This document shows, one piece after another, positions 42,650-52,069 of a DNA stretch of 64,000 nucleotides; the first letter of the stretch is position 1, and each line of letters starts with the position of its first letter. A program made the translations under genes and the position numbers. The notes beneath the pieces were generated by a model that made no database searches, was not told the DNA's origin, and saw only the letters and a list, made by a program, of their open reading frames with translations. Source of the DNA: Candidatus Pacearchaeota archaeon (lineage in GTDB: Archaea; Nanobdellota; Nanobdellia; Pacearchaeales; GW2011-AR1); the NCBI GenBank assembly GCA_041649295.1, contig JBAZNI010000001.1:394991-458990 (forward strand), read 5' to 3'.

Positions 42650-42722
42650 CTTATTCTTGATAAAATAGAGTTTAAAAACCTTGTGCCGAAAGATTTTTAA
42701 AGGGAGTGCCTTTATAAATGTT

Positions 42723-43268
42723 ATGACAAAGAATCTTTCTGTACAAAATATTGTTGCAACTTCCTCTTTGGGAAAACCTGTTTCACTTACTAAACTTGCA
42801 CGAACTCAGCCAAATACAGAATATAATCCCGAGCAGTTTCCAGGGTTAGTATTAAGAATTGCAAAACCAAAATCAGCTGTTCTTGTATTCTCTTCTGGAA
42901 ATTTAGTATGCACAGGAACTAAATCTATTGCACAGGTTAAAGAAGTTATTAATCAGGTTATTAAACAACTGGGCAAAATAGGGGTTAAAATTACTGATAA
43001 GCCTAAAGTTACTGTTCAAAATATTGTTGCATCTGGCAGCATTGATTTAAAGCTCAATCTTAATTATCTTGCACTTGCTCTTGAAAATACAGAATATGAA
43101 CCAGAGCAGTTTCCAGGTTTAGTGTATAAGTTAATTGAACCAAATGCCACTTTCTTGCTGTTTAGCAACGGCAAGTTAGTATGCACAGGAACTAAGAACA
43201 AGGCACAGCTTGATGAAAGCATGGTGTTGCTTAATAAGCACATAAAAGAAGCTTTGAAAGAGAAGTAA
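42723..43268 (+). CDS. tbp: TATA-box binding protein
   Basis: Internal duplication NIVATSSLG..EYNPEQFPGLVLR / NIVASGSID..EYEPEQFPGLVYK. ATG at 42723. Confidence 0.92.
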   Translation: MTKNLSVQNIVATSSLGKPVSLTKLARTQPNTEYNPEQFPGLVLRIAKPKSAVLVFSSGNLVCTGTKSIAQVKEVINQVIKQLGKIGVKITDKPKVTVQNIVASGSIDLKLNLNYLALALENTEYEPEQFPGLVYKLIEPNATFLLFSNGKLVCTGTKNKAQLDESMVLLNKHIKEALKEK

Positions 43269-43304
43269 CTAAATCTTTTTAAACAAATTATTTAACTATA
43301 TCCT

Positions 43305-43601
43305 ATGGACAGAGAAGAATTATTAGATTATGGCAGTTGCCCTGTTTTAGCTTATCTTGGGGAAACAGCATATGGGCTTGTTCATGGCGGTTCTCTTTAC
43401 CTTGTTAAAGGTGCTTACGATGGACCTACAGGATTAATTAGGTTTAGGCTGTTTCAGGTGCCTTGTAAAAATATTATTAAGATTAGCCCATTAGAAAGAG
43501 AGTTAAGCTGTGTTGAAACTGCGGTTATTAAATCTTTAGATAGGGGAGAACAGATTGTAGAATTGCCTGCAACAATCGGGGTTGGCCTGTCACTTGAGTG
43601 A
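43305..43601 (+). CDS. hypothetical protein (98 aa orphan)
   Basis: ORF only. Confidence 0.45.
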   Translation: MDREELLDYGSCPVLAYLGETAYGLVHGGSLYLVKGAYDGPTGLIRFRLFQVPCKNIIKISPLERELSCVETAVIKSLDRGEQIVELPATIGVGLSLE

Positions 43602-43693
43602 TTTTTATTTTAATGCCTTGTTTTAATTTGTCCTAATTATACTGCATATTTCTGAATAGAAATCCATATAAAGATTGGGTTTTTTAGGGATAT

Positions 43694-46600
43694 ATGGAGA
43701 TAGTTAAAAAGGAGGAGTTTTTAGGAGATGCTAAGAAATTTTTTAGTACAAACAAGAAAAAAGTAGGGGAAGCTATGCGAAAAGCTGAAAAGATTATTTA
43801 TGTCAGTTTTGAAGATTTAGCTGCATATTCACCACAGCTGTCTGAATTTATTCTTGAAAAACCTGAAGAAGCAATGGTTTTACTAGAGCAGGCATTAGAA
43901 GAATCTCTGCTTATTAAAAATCCAAGAATTAGGTTTACTGATTTGCCTGAAAACAGTTTTGTTAAAATAAGAAATATCCGAGCTAAACATCTTAATAACC
44001 TTATGTGGATTGAAGGGATTATCAGACAGGCATCAGATGTTCGTCCGCAGGTTGTAAGTGCTAAATTTGAATGTCCATCATGCGGAACAATTATTTCAGT
44101 TTTACAATTAGAGAAAAAATTTAAGGAGCCGTCAAGATGCTCATGTGGAAGAAAAGGTTTTTTTAAGCTAGTTAGCAAACAAATGGTTGATGCTCAAAGG
44201 TTGGTGATAGAAGAATCTCCAGATGCACTTATCGGTGGAGAACAGCCAAGAAGGATTAATGTTTTTTTAAAAGAAGATTTAGTTGAACCAAAAATGGAGG
44301 AGAAAACTACTCCTGGTGCCAAAGTCAGGGTTTTTGGGGTTTTAAATGAGGTTCCTGTCCCTCTTCCAACAGGCAGTTTTTCAACAAGATTTGATTTGGC
44401 AGTTGATGCTAATAATGTTATGCCATTAGAAGAAACTTATGAAGATTTGCAGATAAGTGAAGAAGATGAAACACAGATAAAGGAATTGTCCTTGGATTCT
44501 GATATTTTTAATAAACTCTCACAAACTATTGCTCCAAGTATTTATGGACATGAAAAAATAAAACAAGCCCTGGTTTTGCAGTTGTTTGGAGGTGTTAAAA
44601 AGAAAAAAGCAGATGGTTCTGCTTCAAGAGGAGATATCCATATTCTTTTAGTAGGTGACCCAGGAGTTGCAAAATCTGTTATTCTTAAATTTATTTCAAC
44701 TATTGCTCCAAAAGGAAGATATGTTGTTGGAAAATCAGCATCTGGAGCAGGACTTACAGCAACTGTTGTAAGAGATGAGTTTCTTAAGGGCTGGAGTTTA
44801 GAAGCAGGTGCAATGGTTTTGTCAAATAAAGGTATTGTCTGTATTGATGAAATTGAGAAAATGGACCAGACAGACAGAAGTGCAATGCACGAGGCATTGG
44901 AGCAACAATGTATGCTGCCAGATTTTAAACTAACTTTTGCTGATGGACGTTCTGTGGATATTGGCAGTTTTGTTGATGGGTTACTTGAGAAAAACAAAAA
45001 ACAAGTTTACAAAGGCAAGGATTGTGAAATCCTGCCTGTTGAGAACATTAAATTGATTTCTACTGATTTTAATACCTCTTTCCCCATTAATGCAGTTAGA
45101 GTAAGCAGACATATTGCCCCTAAGGAATTTGTTAAAATTCAGTTAACAAATGGAAAAGAAATAATTGTAACTCCTGAGCATCCTTGTTGGATTGTTGAAA
45201 ATGGCAAAATAACTACTATTCCTGCTGAAAAATTAAATCCTAAAATGTTTTTTCCAATTCCCTCAAAAATTAAGATTCAAACTATACCATACAAAATAGA
45301 AAATGATTATTTATGCAAGATTTTAGGATACCACCTAAGTGATGGTTGTTACGAACTGAATAGGGGCAAAAAGACAGGAATTCAATTTTGGAATAATAAT
45401 AAACTTTTAATTGACGATTATAAAAATTCAATTGAAAAATATTTTAAACTAAACCCAATAATTACAACGAGGAATCATCAGTTTGCAGTAAGAGTTATTT
45501 CTAAAAAAGTTGTAGAAGAATTTAATAAATTAGACAAAGGTTTGATGGAAAAGGGGGATATTAAAAAGATACCTTCTTATGTAATGCAGCTACCAAATGA
45601 AAATATTAAATATCTGTTAAGAGCATTATTTGATGGAGATGGGACTGTTGTATTTCAGAAGAGAAATGGATGCAGAGCTTCATTATCATCTCAAAACCGG
45701 CAACTTTTAGAACAGGTTTCAGATTTGTTATTGAGATTTGAAATTCAATCTTCTATATTTCAAGATAAAACAGGACATGTTTGGATTTTAGATATTTCTG
45801 GGCAGGAAAATCTTAGTAGATTTTTAATGAATATAAGTTTTTTGTCTCAGCATAAAAAACAAAGATTAAAAGAATACTGTGAAAAGAATAAGACATATAG
45901 AACTATTAAAGATGTTGTCCCAGGATGTACAGATAAAATAAGTAAGATATTTAAAAAATTAAGGATTTCAATGAGGAAAGAGATAGGACATTCAATTGAT
46001 TTGGGTGTTGAGAAACAGAGAATATTTTTGCAAAAACTAGTAAGTGTAGCAGAAATCAAACTTAATAGCTTATTAAAAGAAAAGCCAAATGTTATTGCAG
46101 ATTATGGAGATATTATTTATGATTTGTCTGAAATTAAAAAATTAGCATTTGGCTACGCGAGATGGATGAAAATCAAATCTGTTGAAAAAGTTAAAAATAA
46201 CAATATTCCGTGGGTATATGATGTTACTGTAGAACCTTACCATACATTTATATCTAATGGGATGATTTTACATAATACAGTAACAATTTCAAAGGCAAAT
46301 GTTCAGGCATCTTTGCGTTCTGAAACAAGTGTTTTGGCAGCAGGTAATCCAAAATTCGGGAGATTTGACCCTTACCAGGCAATTGCTTCACAAGTAGATA
46401 TTCAACCAACTCTTTTAAACAGGTTCGATGTTATTTTCATGCTAAGAGATTTGCCTGATAAAATAAAAGATGAAGCAATTGCAATGCATGTTTTAGCTGA
46501 GCATCAAAATCCTTCTCAAAGAGGGGTTATTGATGTTGATTTATTCAGGAAGTATATCGCATATGCAAAACAAAGTGTTCACCCAAAATTAACTGATGAA

Positions 46601-47074
46601 GCTGTTGAAGAGATAAAAAATTTTTATGTTACTTTGAGAAATGCACCTGTTGCTTCTGATTCTACTTCACGCCCAATTCCTATTACTGCAAGGCAGTTAG
46701 ATGCTCTTATAAGATTAAGCGAAGCTTCTGCAAAGACAAGATTATCAGATAAAGTTGAGAGAATGGATTCGCAAAGAGCAATTGAACTTCTTAAATATTA
46801 TATGATGCAGGCAGGTTATGATTATGAAACAAAGAGTTTTGATATTGATAAAATTGCAACAGGAATCACAAGTTCTAAAAGAGGCAAGATTCTTCAAGTT
46901 AAAGAGGTTATTTCTAACCTGGAATCTAAAATCGGAAAACCTCTTCCTATTGAAGAAGTTGAAAACGAGCTAAAGGGCAAAATGACAGCTGAAGAAATAA
47001 CAGAAGCTTTGGATAAATTAAGGCTTGCAGGAGACATTTTCCAGCCAAAGAAAGGGTTTATTCAAAAGGTTTAG
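43694..47074 (+). CDS. mcm: MCM replicative helicase interrupted by an intein
   Basis: Zn finger CPSCG...CSCG, Walker A GDPGVAKS, Walker B CIDEIEKM, HEALEQQ|intein|TVTISKA, arginine finger NRFD. Confidence 0.92.
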   Translation: MEIVKKEEFLGDAKKFFSTNKKKVGEAMRKAEKIIYVSFEDLAAYSPQLSEFILEKPEEAMVLLEQALEESLLIKNPRIRFTDLPENSFVKIRNIRAKHLNNLMWIEGIIRQASDVRPQVVSAKFECPSCGTIISVLQLEKKFKEPSRCSCGRKGFFKLVSKQMVDAQRLVIEESPDALIGGEQPRRINVFLKEDLVEPKMEEKTTPGAKVRVFGVLNEVPVPLPTGSFSTRFDLAVDANNVMPLEETYEDLQISEEDETQIKELSLDSDIFNKLSQTIAPSIYGHEKIKQALVLQLFGGVKKKKADGSASRGDIHILLVGDPGVAKSVILKFISTIAPKGRYVVGKSASGAGLTATVVRDEFLKGWSLEAGAMVLSNKGIVCIDEIEKMDQTDRSAMHEALEQQCMLPDFKLTFADGRSVDIGSFVDGLLEKNKKQVYKGKDCEILPVENIKLISTDFNTSFPINAVRVSRHIAPKEFVKIQLTNGKEIIVTPEHPCWIVENGKITTIPAEKLNPKMFFPIPSKIKIQTIPYKIENDYLCKILGYHLSDGCYELNRGKKTGIQFWNNNKLLIDDYKNSIEKYFKLNPIITTRNHQFAVRVISKKVVEEFNKLDKGLMEKGDIKKIPSYVMQLPNENIKYLLRALFDGDGTVVFQKRNGCRASLSSQNRQLLEQVSDLLLRFEIQSSIFQDKTGHVWILDISGQENLSRFLMNISFLSQHKKQRLKEYCEKNKTYRTIKDVVPGCTDKISKIFKKLRISMRKEIGHSIDLGVEKQRIFLQKLVSVAEIKLNSLLKEKPNVIADYGDIIYDLSEIKKLAFGYARWMKIKSVEKVKNNNIPWVYDVTVEPYHTFISNGMILHNTVTISKANVQASLRSETSVLAAGNPKFGRFDPYQAIASQVDIQPTLLNRFDVIFMLRDLPDKIKDEAIAMHVLAEHQNPSQRGVIDVDLFRKYIAYAKQSVHPKLTDEAVEEIKNFYVTLRNAPVASDSTSRPIPITARQLDALIRLSEASAKTRLSDKVERMDSQRAIELLKYYMMQAGYDYETKSFDIDKIATGITSSKRGKILQVKEVISNLESKIGKPLPIEEVENELKGKMTAEEITEALDKLRLAGDIFQPKKGFIQKV
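44909..46276 (+). mobile_element. MCM intein (456 aa) with a LAGLIDADG endonuclease domain
   Basis: Starts with Cys (CMLPDF) after HEALEQQ. Block B is VTPEHPCW. The endonuclease motifs are LGYHLSDGC and LRALFDGDGT. It ends ...GMILHN, followed by Thr (+1). Confidence 0.88.
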
Positions 47075-47144
47075 GTTTTAGGTTAATGTAGGTAAAATTT
47101 ATATTGGTTGAGAGGTAGTTGTTTTTTTGATTTAAGGCTAAACA

Positions 47145-47252
47145 AATCGTAGAAACGCTGTCTTACAGATTAGGGGAAATATTGCAGAGATATTTGTATT
47201 ATTATCAAGAACGGATTTTTCTAATATTAACATGAGCGAGCGTAGCGAGCGA
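47145..47252 (+). repeat. conserved intergenic element, copy B
   Basis: aatcgtagaaacgctgtcttacagattaggggaaatattgcagagatatttgtattattatcaag...atgagcgagcgtagcgagcga. It is copy A plus a ~23-nt insertion. Confidence 0.6.
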
Positions 47253-47316
47253 CATTATATCACTTAACTAAATAAACCTTTAAATAGCAACTTATTTTTG
47301 TTTGAGGAGAGTTAAA

Positions 47317-47925
47317 ATGGCAGGTGATTTTAAACGAGCTATAGCATATAAGGTAAAGATTGGGGATATTTTTAAGGGCAAGCATGTTTTAGATGGAGAA
47401 AGATTTAATTTTATTGAGTTGGGAGATAAAAATATTTCGAGGGTTAATGTTATTGCAAATGTTGTTGAGAAATATGAATCTGGAGAAAAGCAGTATATAA
47501 GTCTTACAGTTGATGATGCTTCTGGGCAGATAAGAATTAAAATTTTTGGAGAGGATGTGAATAAATTCCGGGGTGTTTCTCAGGGAGACAGCATCCTAAT
47601 AATTGGGTTTCTAAGGAAGTACAATGATGAGCTTTATATAACTCCCGAGATTATCAGAAAGCAGGACCCAAGATATTTAATGGTTAGGAAATTGGAATTG
47701 GCAAACTCTAATATCTCTGAAGCACCTAATAATAAAACCATTGCGCTTTCAGATAAAATAGCTAATAGGATTCGTGAATCTGAACCAAATGGAATTTTAA
47801 GTGAAACTCTTATTCTTGAAATGCACGAAAGTCCTGATTTAATCAACCAAGAAGTTAAAAAAGCTCTTGAACAGGGGATTATCTATGAACCTCGCCCAGG
47901 TATTTTAAGGTGGTTAGGGAGCTGA
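47317..47925 (+). CDS. OB-fold ssDNA-binding protein, RPA32/RPA2-like (OB + C-terminal winged helix)
   Basis: VNVIANVVEKYES..YISLTVDDASGQIRIKIFGED is a typical OB-fold pattern. Adjacent to mcm. gaggaga lies upstream of the ATG at 47317. Confidence 0.55.
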   Translation: MAGDFKRAIAYKVKIGDIFKGKHVLDGERFNFIELGDKNISRVNVIANVVEKYESGEKQYISLTVDDASGQIRIKIFGEDVNKFRGVSQGDSILIIGFLRKYNDELYITPEIIRKQDPRYLMVRKLELANSNISEAPNNKTIALSDKIANRIRESEPNGILSETLILEMHESPDLINQEVKKALEQGIIYEPRPGILRWLGS

Positions 47926-47972
47926 ATCTTCTTTACATAAATCTTTATATATCTTAATTTTAATGAAAAACT

Positions 47973-48323
47973 ATGACATCTACATTTGATGAAATTCATG
48001 ATAGATTAAGGGATTCTTATTTATTAAAAAGTATTACCGAAGAAATTGCAAAGGTGTTAAGAAAATTTGAAACTGCAAGAGAAGGAGAATCTATAGTAGT
48101 TTATGACCAAGAACAAGATGGGTCTTATAGGTCTGGACATTTTGAGAGATATCCAAGAACATTTTTTTTCTTTAATACCTTGGGTTTATTAGATAATGTC
48201 GGCAAACCTTATGATTGGGAGAAATATGTTCTGAATAAACGGGCTAGAGAAGTTTATGAACAACTAAAGCGTGAAGGATATTATTCTGAATCTCCTGAAC
48301 AACCTGAATTACATTTTAGTTAA
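47973..48323 (+). CDS. hypothetical protein (116 aa orphan)
   Basis: ORF only. Confidence 0.45.
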   Translation: MTSTFDEIHDRLRDSYLLKSITEEIAKVLRKFETAREGESIVVYDQEQDGSYRSGHFERYPRTFFFFNTLGLLDNVGKPYDWEKYVLNKRAREVYEQLKREGYYSESPEQPELHFS

Positions 48324-49072
48324 ATTTCTACCAACAGCAATCCTGCCATAACACATATTCCAAGAATAAAAAGAGCCAGCTGAATTAATGATTTTTTTAA
48401 TTCAGAGTGTTTGTGCAGTTCTGGAATTAAATCTGCTGTTGCAATATAAATAAAATTTCCTGCTGCAAATGGAATTACAAATGATGCAATTTGAGACGAA
48501 TAATTTCCTATTAACACTGATAAAATTACTCCGATAATTGAGGTCAAAGCTACCAAAAAATTAAATAATATTGCTTTTGATTTTGAAAATCCTCCGTAAA
48601 CTAACATGCTGAAATCTCCTATTTCCTGAGGTATTTCGTGGAATAAAACTGCTATTGTTGTTGCAATTCCTGTTGGTATTGAAATAATATAGCTTGCTCC
48701 GATAATTATTCCATCAAGCAAATTATGAATTCCGTCTCCGAATAAGCTCATGGTGGTTATTGGGTGAGGATGAGAAGGGGTTGTTGGATGGTGGCAGTGG
48801 CGCCAGTGAATTATTTTTTCAAGAAAAAATGAAAATCCTATTCCAAATAATATAAGTGATGATGACTGCAAAACCGCAATGTTTTTTTCTGCTATTTCTG
48901 GTATTAAATGAAGAAACGCATCTCCTAAAAGTGTTCCTGCAGAAAAAGCAATCATATATGTAAGAATTTTTTCAAGGTTTGATGTTTTTATTGATAGAGT
49001 TGTAATTCCTATTAGAGAAGCTAAACTGATAATAATTACACTTATTAAAGCGTATATAAAAATTTCCCACAT
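48320..49072 (-). CDS. ZIP-family metal (Zn/Fe) transporter
   Basis: HNLLDGIIIGASY and HEIPQEIGDF motifs, about eight TM segments, His-rich loop HWRHCHHPTTPSHPHP. Confidence 0.8.
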   Translation of the reverse strand: MWEIFIYALISVIIISLASLIGITTLSIKTSNLEKILTYMIAFSAGTLLGDAFLHLIPEIAEKNIAVLQSSSLILFGIGFSFFLEKIIHWRHCHHPTTPSHPHPITTMSLFGDGIHNLLDGIIIGASYIISIPTGIATTIAVLFHEIPQEIGDFSMLVYGGFSKSKAILFNFLVALTSIIGVILSVLIGNYSSQIASFVIPFAAGNFIYIATADLIPELHKHSELKKSLIQLALFILGICVMAGLLLVEI

Positions 49073-49101
49073 ATCATAGAATAAAATAGAAATTATTTAA
49101 A

Positions 49102-49671
49102 TTATTTCTTTTTAGAAAATAACTTTTTTAATTTGTTATTTTTAATATATTCCTTATTTATCCAGTATCCTATGAAAATCAAGACGATTAACCCAACTAA
49201 AGAAATTATAAATCTGAACATATTATTTGCATTTGGCCAGTAACTTCCAGCACCATAAATTAAAGTTACAATTCCACCGCCCATTATGCCCGCACCGATT
49301 GCTTCAATTGAAAATAAAAATGCTCCTATTGCTATTAAAATGATTCCAATAGGCACAGTTATTATAAATAAACTCTTTGAGTATTGCGTTTGAGCTTCTG
49401 TAAATTCTTGATTGCAATAGTATGTTAAATCACACCATCCAGTTGCGGAATTTTCAGGGACTGGTTTTTCATAATACATTGACGGACTCCATTTTCCGCC
49501 CGAAGCAGTACATTGTTCAGAAGTGTTTATCGGGTAAGTGTAACTTATTCCCATATTACAATAATCTTCATAAATAGGTTTATCCCCGTAAAACGTTTTT
49601 ATTCCGTAAATAGAGACAAAAGATGCCAGAATAATAACTGCAATTCCTATTAAAATATTTTTTATATCCAT
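49102..49671 (-). CDS. hypothetical membrane protein (189 aa)
   Basis: N-terminal TM, a Cys-containing loop and C-terminal TM segments. Confidence 0.5.
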   Translation of the reverse strand: MDIKNILIGIAVIILASFVSIYGIKTFYGDKPIYEDYCNMGISYTYPINTSEQCTASGGKWSPSMYYEKPVPENSATGWCDLTYYCNQEFTEAQTQYSKSLFIITVPIGIILIAIGAFLFSIEAIGAGIMGGGIVTLIYGAGSYWPNANNMFRFIISLVGLIVLIFIGYWINKEYIKNNKLKKLFSKKK

Positions 49672-49889
49672 TTTTTTCTTTTATTTTTAGGTTTTTTAAT
49701 TTTATTAAATATTAAACCAATAAGTGCACCAAGAACAAATCCTCCTAATAATAGATAAGGAGAAGCCATCCATAGATATCCAACTTCTGATGGTGCTGAA
49801 TAAAAAAGCAAAGTCCATAAACTAATAAAGATAATATAAATTACGACTAAAATAATTCCAATCAGCCCTCCTTTTAGCCACATCTTCAT
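49662..49889 (-). CDS. hypothetical small membrane protein (75 aa)
   Basis: Two TM segments. Overlaps the downstream gene. Confidence 0.45.
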   Translation of the reverse strand: MKMWLKGGLIGIILVVIYIIFISLWTLLFYSAPSEVGYLWMASPYLLLGGFVLGALIGLIFNKIKKPKNKRKKWI

Positions 49890-49930
49890 ATTATTACCAG
49901 CATTTTCTTTTTTATAAAGCTTATGATATT

Positions 49931-50317
49931 ATGTCTGAACCGAAAAGTTTAAATATCAAGTTACTAATATTTATGTGTATGAAAATTGGTAAGGAAGACT
50001 TGCTAAGAATAAATAAAGGATTTGGCGGGAATCTTAGAAGTGGCTCCAGCATTGATTATGCCTTTTATATGCTCGGCAATAAGAAGCTGGGTTTTTATAA
50101 AAAACTTGCCTATTTTTGGAGGGCAATTCTTGTAGACCATCCGTTTTCAGATGGAAATAAAAGGACTGCAGCTTTTTTAGCTTATGCTCTTGCAAGTGAA
50201 AATAAGAAGAGGGTTATTGATAGGGAATTATTAATGGAGCATATAGTATCGATTGCAAAACACAACGAAACAAATATACGGAATATAGAATATAGATTAA
50301 AGAATATTATAATATGA
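49931..50317 (+). CDS. Doc/Fic-family toxin
   Basis: HPFSDGNKRTA motif (Doc variant of the Fic motif). The true start may be an internal ATG near 49979. Confidence 0.75.
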   Translation: MSEPKSLNIKLLIFMCMKIGKEDLLRINKGFGGNLRSGSSIDYAFYMLGNKKLGFYKKLAYFWRAILVDHPFSDGNKRTAAFLAYALASENKKRVIDRELLMEHIVSIAKHNETNIRNIEYRLKNIII

Positions 50318-50523
50318 ATAAAAAACAAATTGAAAAAATATTGAAAGAGAATAAGTATGTTTTTGATAGTTTGGCAGAGTATGATCAAACAAGAGAACTG
50401 CCATCTCAAAGAAAAAGGATAGATATAACTCTTTCAGTTAAAACTATTAATAATCTCAAGAAATTAAAGAAAAAAACCGGAAAGCCCATTTCAAAGATAA
50501 TTGAAGAAAGGTTAGATTTTTAA
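50314..50523 (+). CDS. putative ribbon-helix-helix partner of Doc
   Basis: 69 aa. Overlaps the doc stop by 4 nt. C-terminal RIDITLSVKTINNLKKLKKKTGKPISKIIEERL is RHH-like. Confidence 0.5.
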   Translation: MNKKQIEKILKENKYVFDSLAEYDQTRELPSQRKRIDITLSVKTINNLKKLKKKTGKPISKIIEERLDF

Positions 50524-50545
50524 ACTCCTCAGGTGATAGATTATT

Positions 50546-50959
50546 ATGGAAAGTTATGAGCAGTTATTAGAAGAAGCATATGGGAAGATTAACCCTGCTG
50601 GGGAAATCAGAAAATTTGAAAGATGGGAAGTTCCTGCTGCTAAATCAGAGATAATCGGTGGAAAAACTGTTATCAGCAACTTTTTTCAGATTTGCTCTTA
50701 TATAAGACGCGACTGTAATCATGTTGCAAAATTTCTTTCTAAAGAATTAGCAACTCAATGCAAGTTTGAAAATGACCGGCTTATATTAAATAGAAAAATT
50801 CAGAATTCCCAGATAAATGAAAAAATAACATTTTATATACATAAAAATGTAATCTGCGCCGAGTGTAAAAAGCCAGATACAGAATTAATAAAGCAAGGGG
50901 GATTTATTTTTATGCATTGTTTGGCTTGCGGGGCCAAACATTCTTTGGGCAGGAGCTGA
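50546..50959 (+). CDS. eif2b: translation initiation factor aIF2 beta
   Basis: C-terminal C4 zinc knuckle CAECKKPDT...CLACGA and a 137-aa layout typical of aIF2-beta. Confidence 0.85.
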   Translation: MESYEQLLEEAYGKINPAGEIRKFERWEVPAAKSEIIGGKTVISNFFQICSYIRRDCNHVAKFLSKELATQCKFENDRLILNRKIQNSQINEKITFYIHKNVICAECKKPDTELIKQGGFIFMHCLACGAKHSLGRS

Positions 50960-51030
50960 TTATAGATTATAGGAATCTTTAAAAATCACTGAAACTAATA
51001 TCATTATATTTAAATTACTAAGGAGGATAA

Positions 51031-51174
51031 ATGGTTGAAGCTTATTGTGTAAAATGCAAAAAAACAGTCACTATGAAAGACGGTAAAGAAACAAAGACAA
51101 AAAGAGGCACCAGAATGATGAAGGGCAAGTGCCCATTTTGCGGGATAACTGTCTGCAGAATGTTGGGTAAATAG
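51031..51174 (+). CDS. small zinc-ribbon protein (47 aa, DUF5679-like)
   Basis: Own translation: MVEAYCVKCKKTVTMKDGKETKTKRGTRMMKGKCPFCGITVCRMLGK. aggagg lies 5 nt upstream. Too short for the ORF track. Confidence 0.6.
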   Translation: MVEAYCVKCKKTVTMKDGKETKTKRGTRMMKGKCPFCGITVCRMLGK

Positions 51175-51223
51175 GTTTATTATTAATCGAAAGGTTTTTA
51201 TCCCTTCTTTTAATTTTTTTAAT

Positions 51224-51541
51224 ATGGTAGAAAGTTCAGAAAACAATAATCCAGGAGAATTTAAATTTCGCATCCGTCTTCCAAGACGGGGGGAAGTTAT
51301 TGGTTTGATTGATCAAAGAGTCGGCGGAAGCAGAATGATTGTCAAGTGCAGTGATGGAAAAGAGAGAAATTGCAAGGTTCCTGGAAGATTAAGGAGAGAT
51401 TTATGGATACGAGAGGGGGATTATGTTATTATCCACCCTTGGGAATTTGACGATTCAAAAGGGGATATCTTGTTTAAATTCCGCCCAAGTGATGTTTCTG
51501 TTTTGAGAGGCAAGGGTTTTTTAGATACTTTTCAGAAATAA
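51224..51541 (+). CDS. eif1a: translation initiation factor aIF1A
   Basis: GEVIGLIDQRVGGSRMIVKCSDGKERNCKVPGRLRRDLWIREGDYVII is the S1-like OB signature of eIF1A. Confidence 0.88.
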   Translation: MVESSENNNPGEFKFRIRLPRRGEVIGLIDQRVGGSRMIVKCSDGKERNCKVPGRLRRDLWIREGDYVIIHPWEFDDSKGDILFKFRPSDVSVLRGKGFLDTFQK

Positions 51542-51544
51542 ACT

Positions 51545-52033
51545 ATGAAATCTTTATCAATAAAATCTGTACGGAAAATAGCTCAGAATAAGCACGAGCT
51601 GGAAGAAAAACTTAATGTTAATATTTCTATAATGGGGGGGGTTGTTGAACTTTCTGGAAATGCTGATGATGAACATTTTGCTGTTAAAGTTATACAGGCT
51701 TTAGATTTTCAATTTTTAATTGAAGATGCTTTATTGCTTTTAAGAGAGGATTATATGCTTTGCATTCTTAATATAAAAGATTATACAAATAGGAATGATT
51801 TAAATGTTATAAGGAGCAGGTTGATAGGAACTAAAGGGAAAACTTTGAAAGTTTTAGAAAGTTTGTGTGATTGCTTTTTTGCTGTTAAAGAAAATAAAGT
51901 TGCCATTATTGGCCCGTGTGGAAAGATGCAAGAAGCTGAACAGGCAATCATATCACTGATTCAAGGAGCTAAGCAGGCAAATGTTTATACTCGTTTAGAG
52001 AAGTTGAGAAAGGCTGAAAGAATGATGAGATAG
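51545..52033 (+). CDS. KH-domain RNA-binding protein (aDim2/Pno1-like)
   Basis: LIGTKGKTLKVLES (GxxG loop). Conserved archaeal position downstream of eif1a. Confidence 0.65.
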   Translation: MKSLSIKSVRKIAQNKHELEEKLNVNISIMGGVVELSGNADDEHFAVKVIQALDFQFLIEDALLLLREDYMLCILNIKDYTNRNDLNVIRSRLIGTKGKTLKVLESLCDCFFAVKENKVAIIGPCGKMQEAEQAIISLIQGAKQANVYTRLEKLRKAERMMR

Positions 52034-52069
52034 TTAGTTTTATAAACACTTTCTACTGAGTTTATATAT

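Noticed and set aside
47075-47301. Replication origin next to mcm.
   Set aside because: No Orc1/Cdc6 gene, no ORB-like inverted repeats and no exceptional AT-rich unwinding element were seen. Only the two-copy intergenic element is present, and it is reported separately.
51010-51273. 87-aa minus-strand ORF between eif2b and eif1a.
   Set aside because: The plus strand here encodes a well-formed 47-aa double-CxxC zinc-ribbon protein (51031..51174) with an aggagg site. The minus ORF also overlaps the eif1a start, so it was judged spurious.
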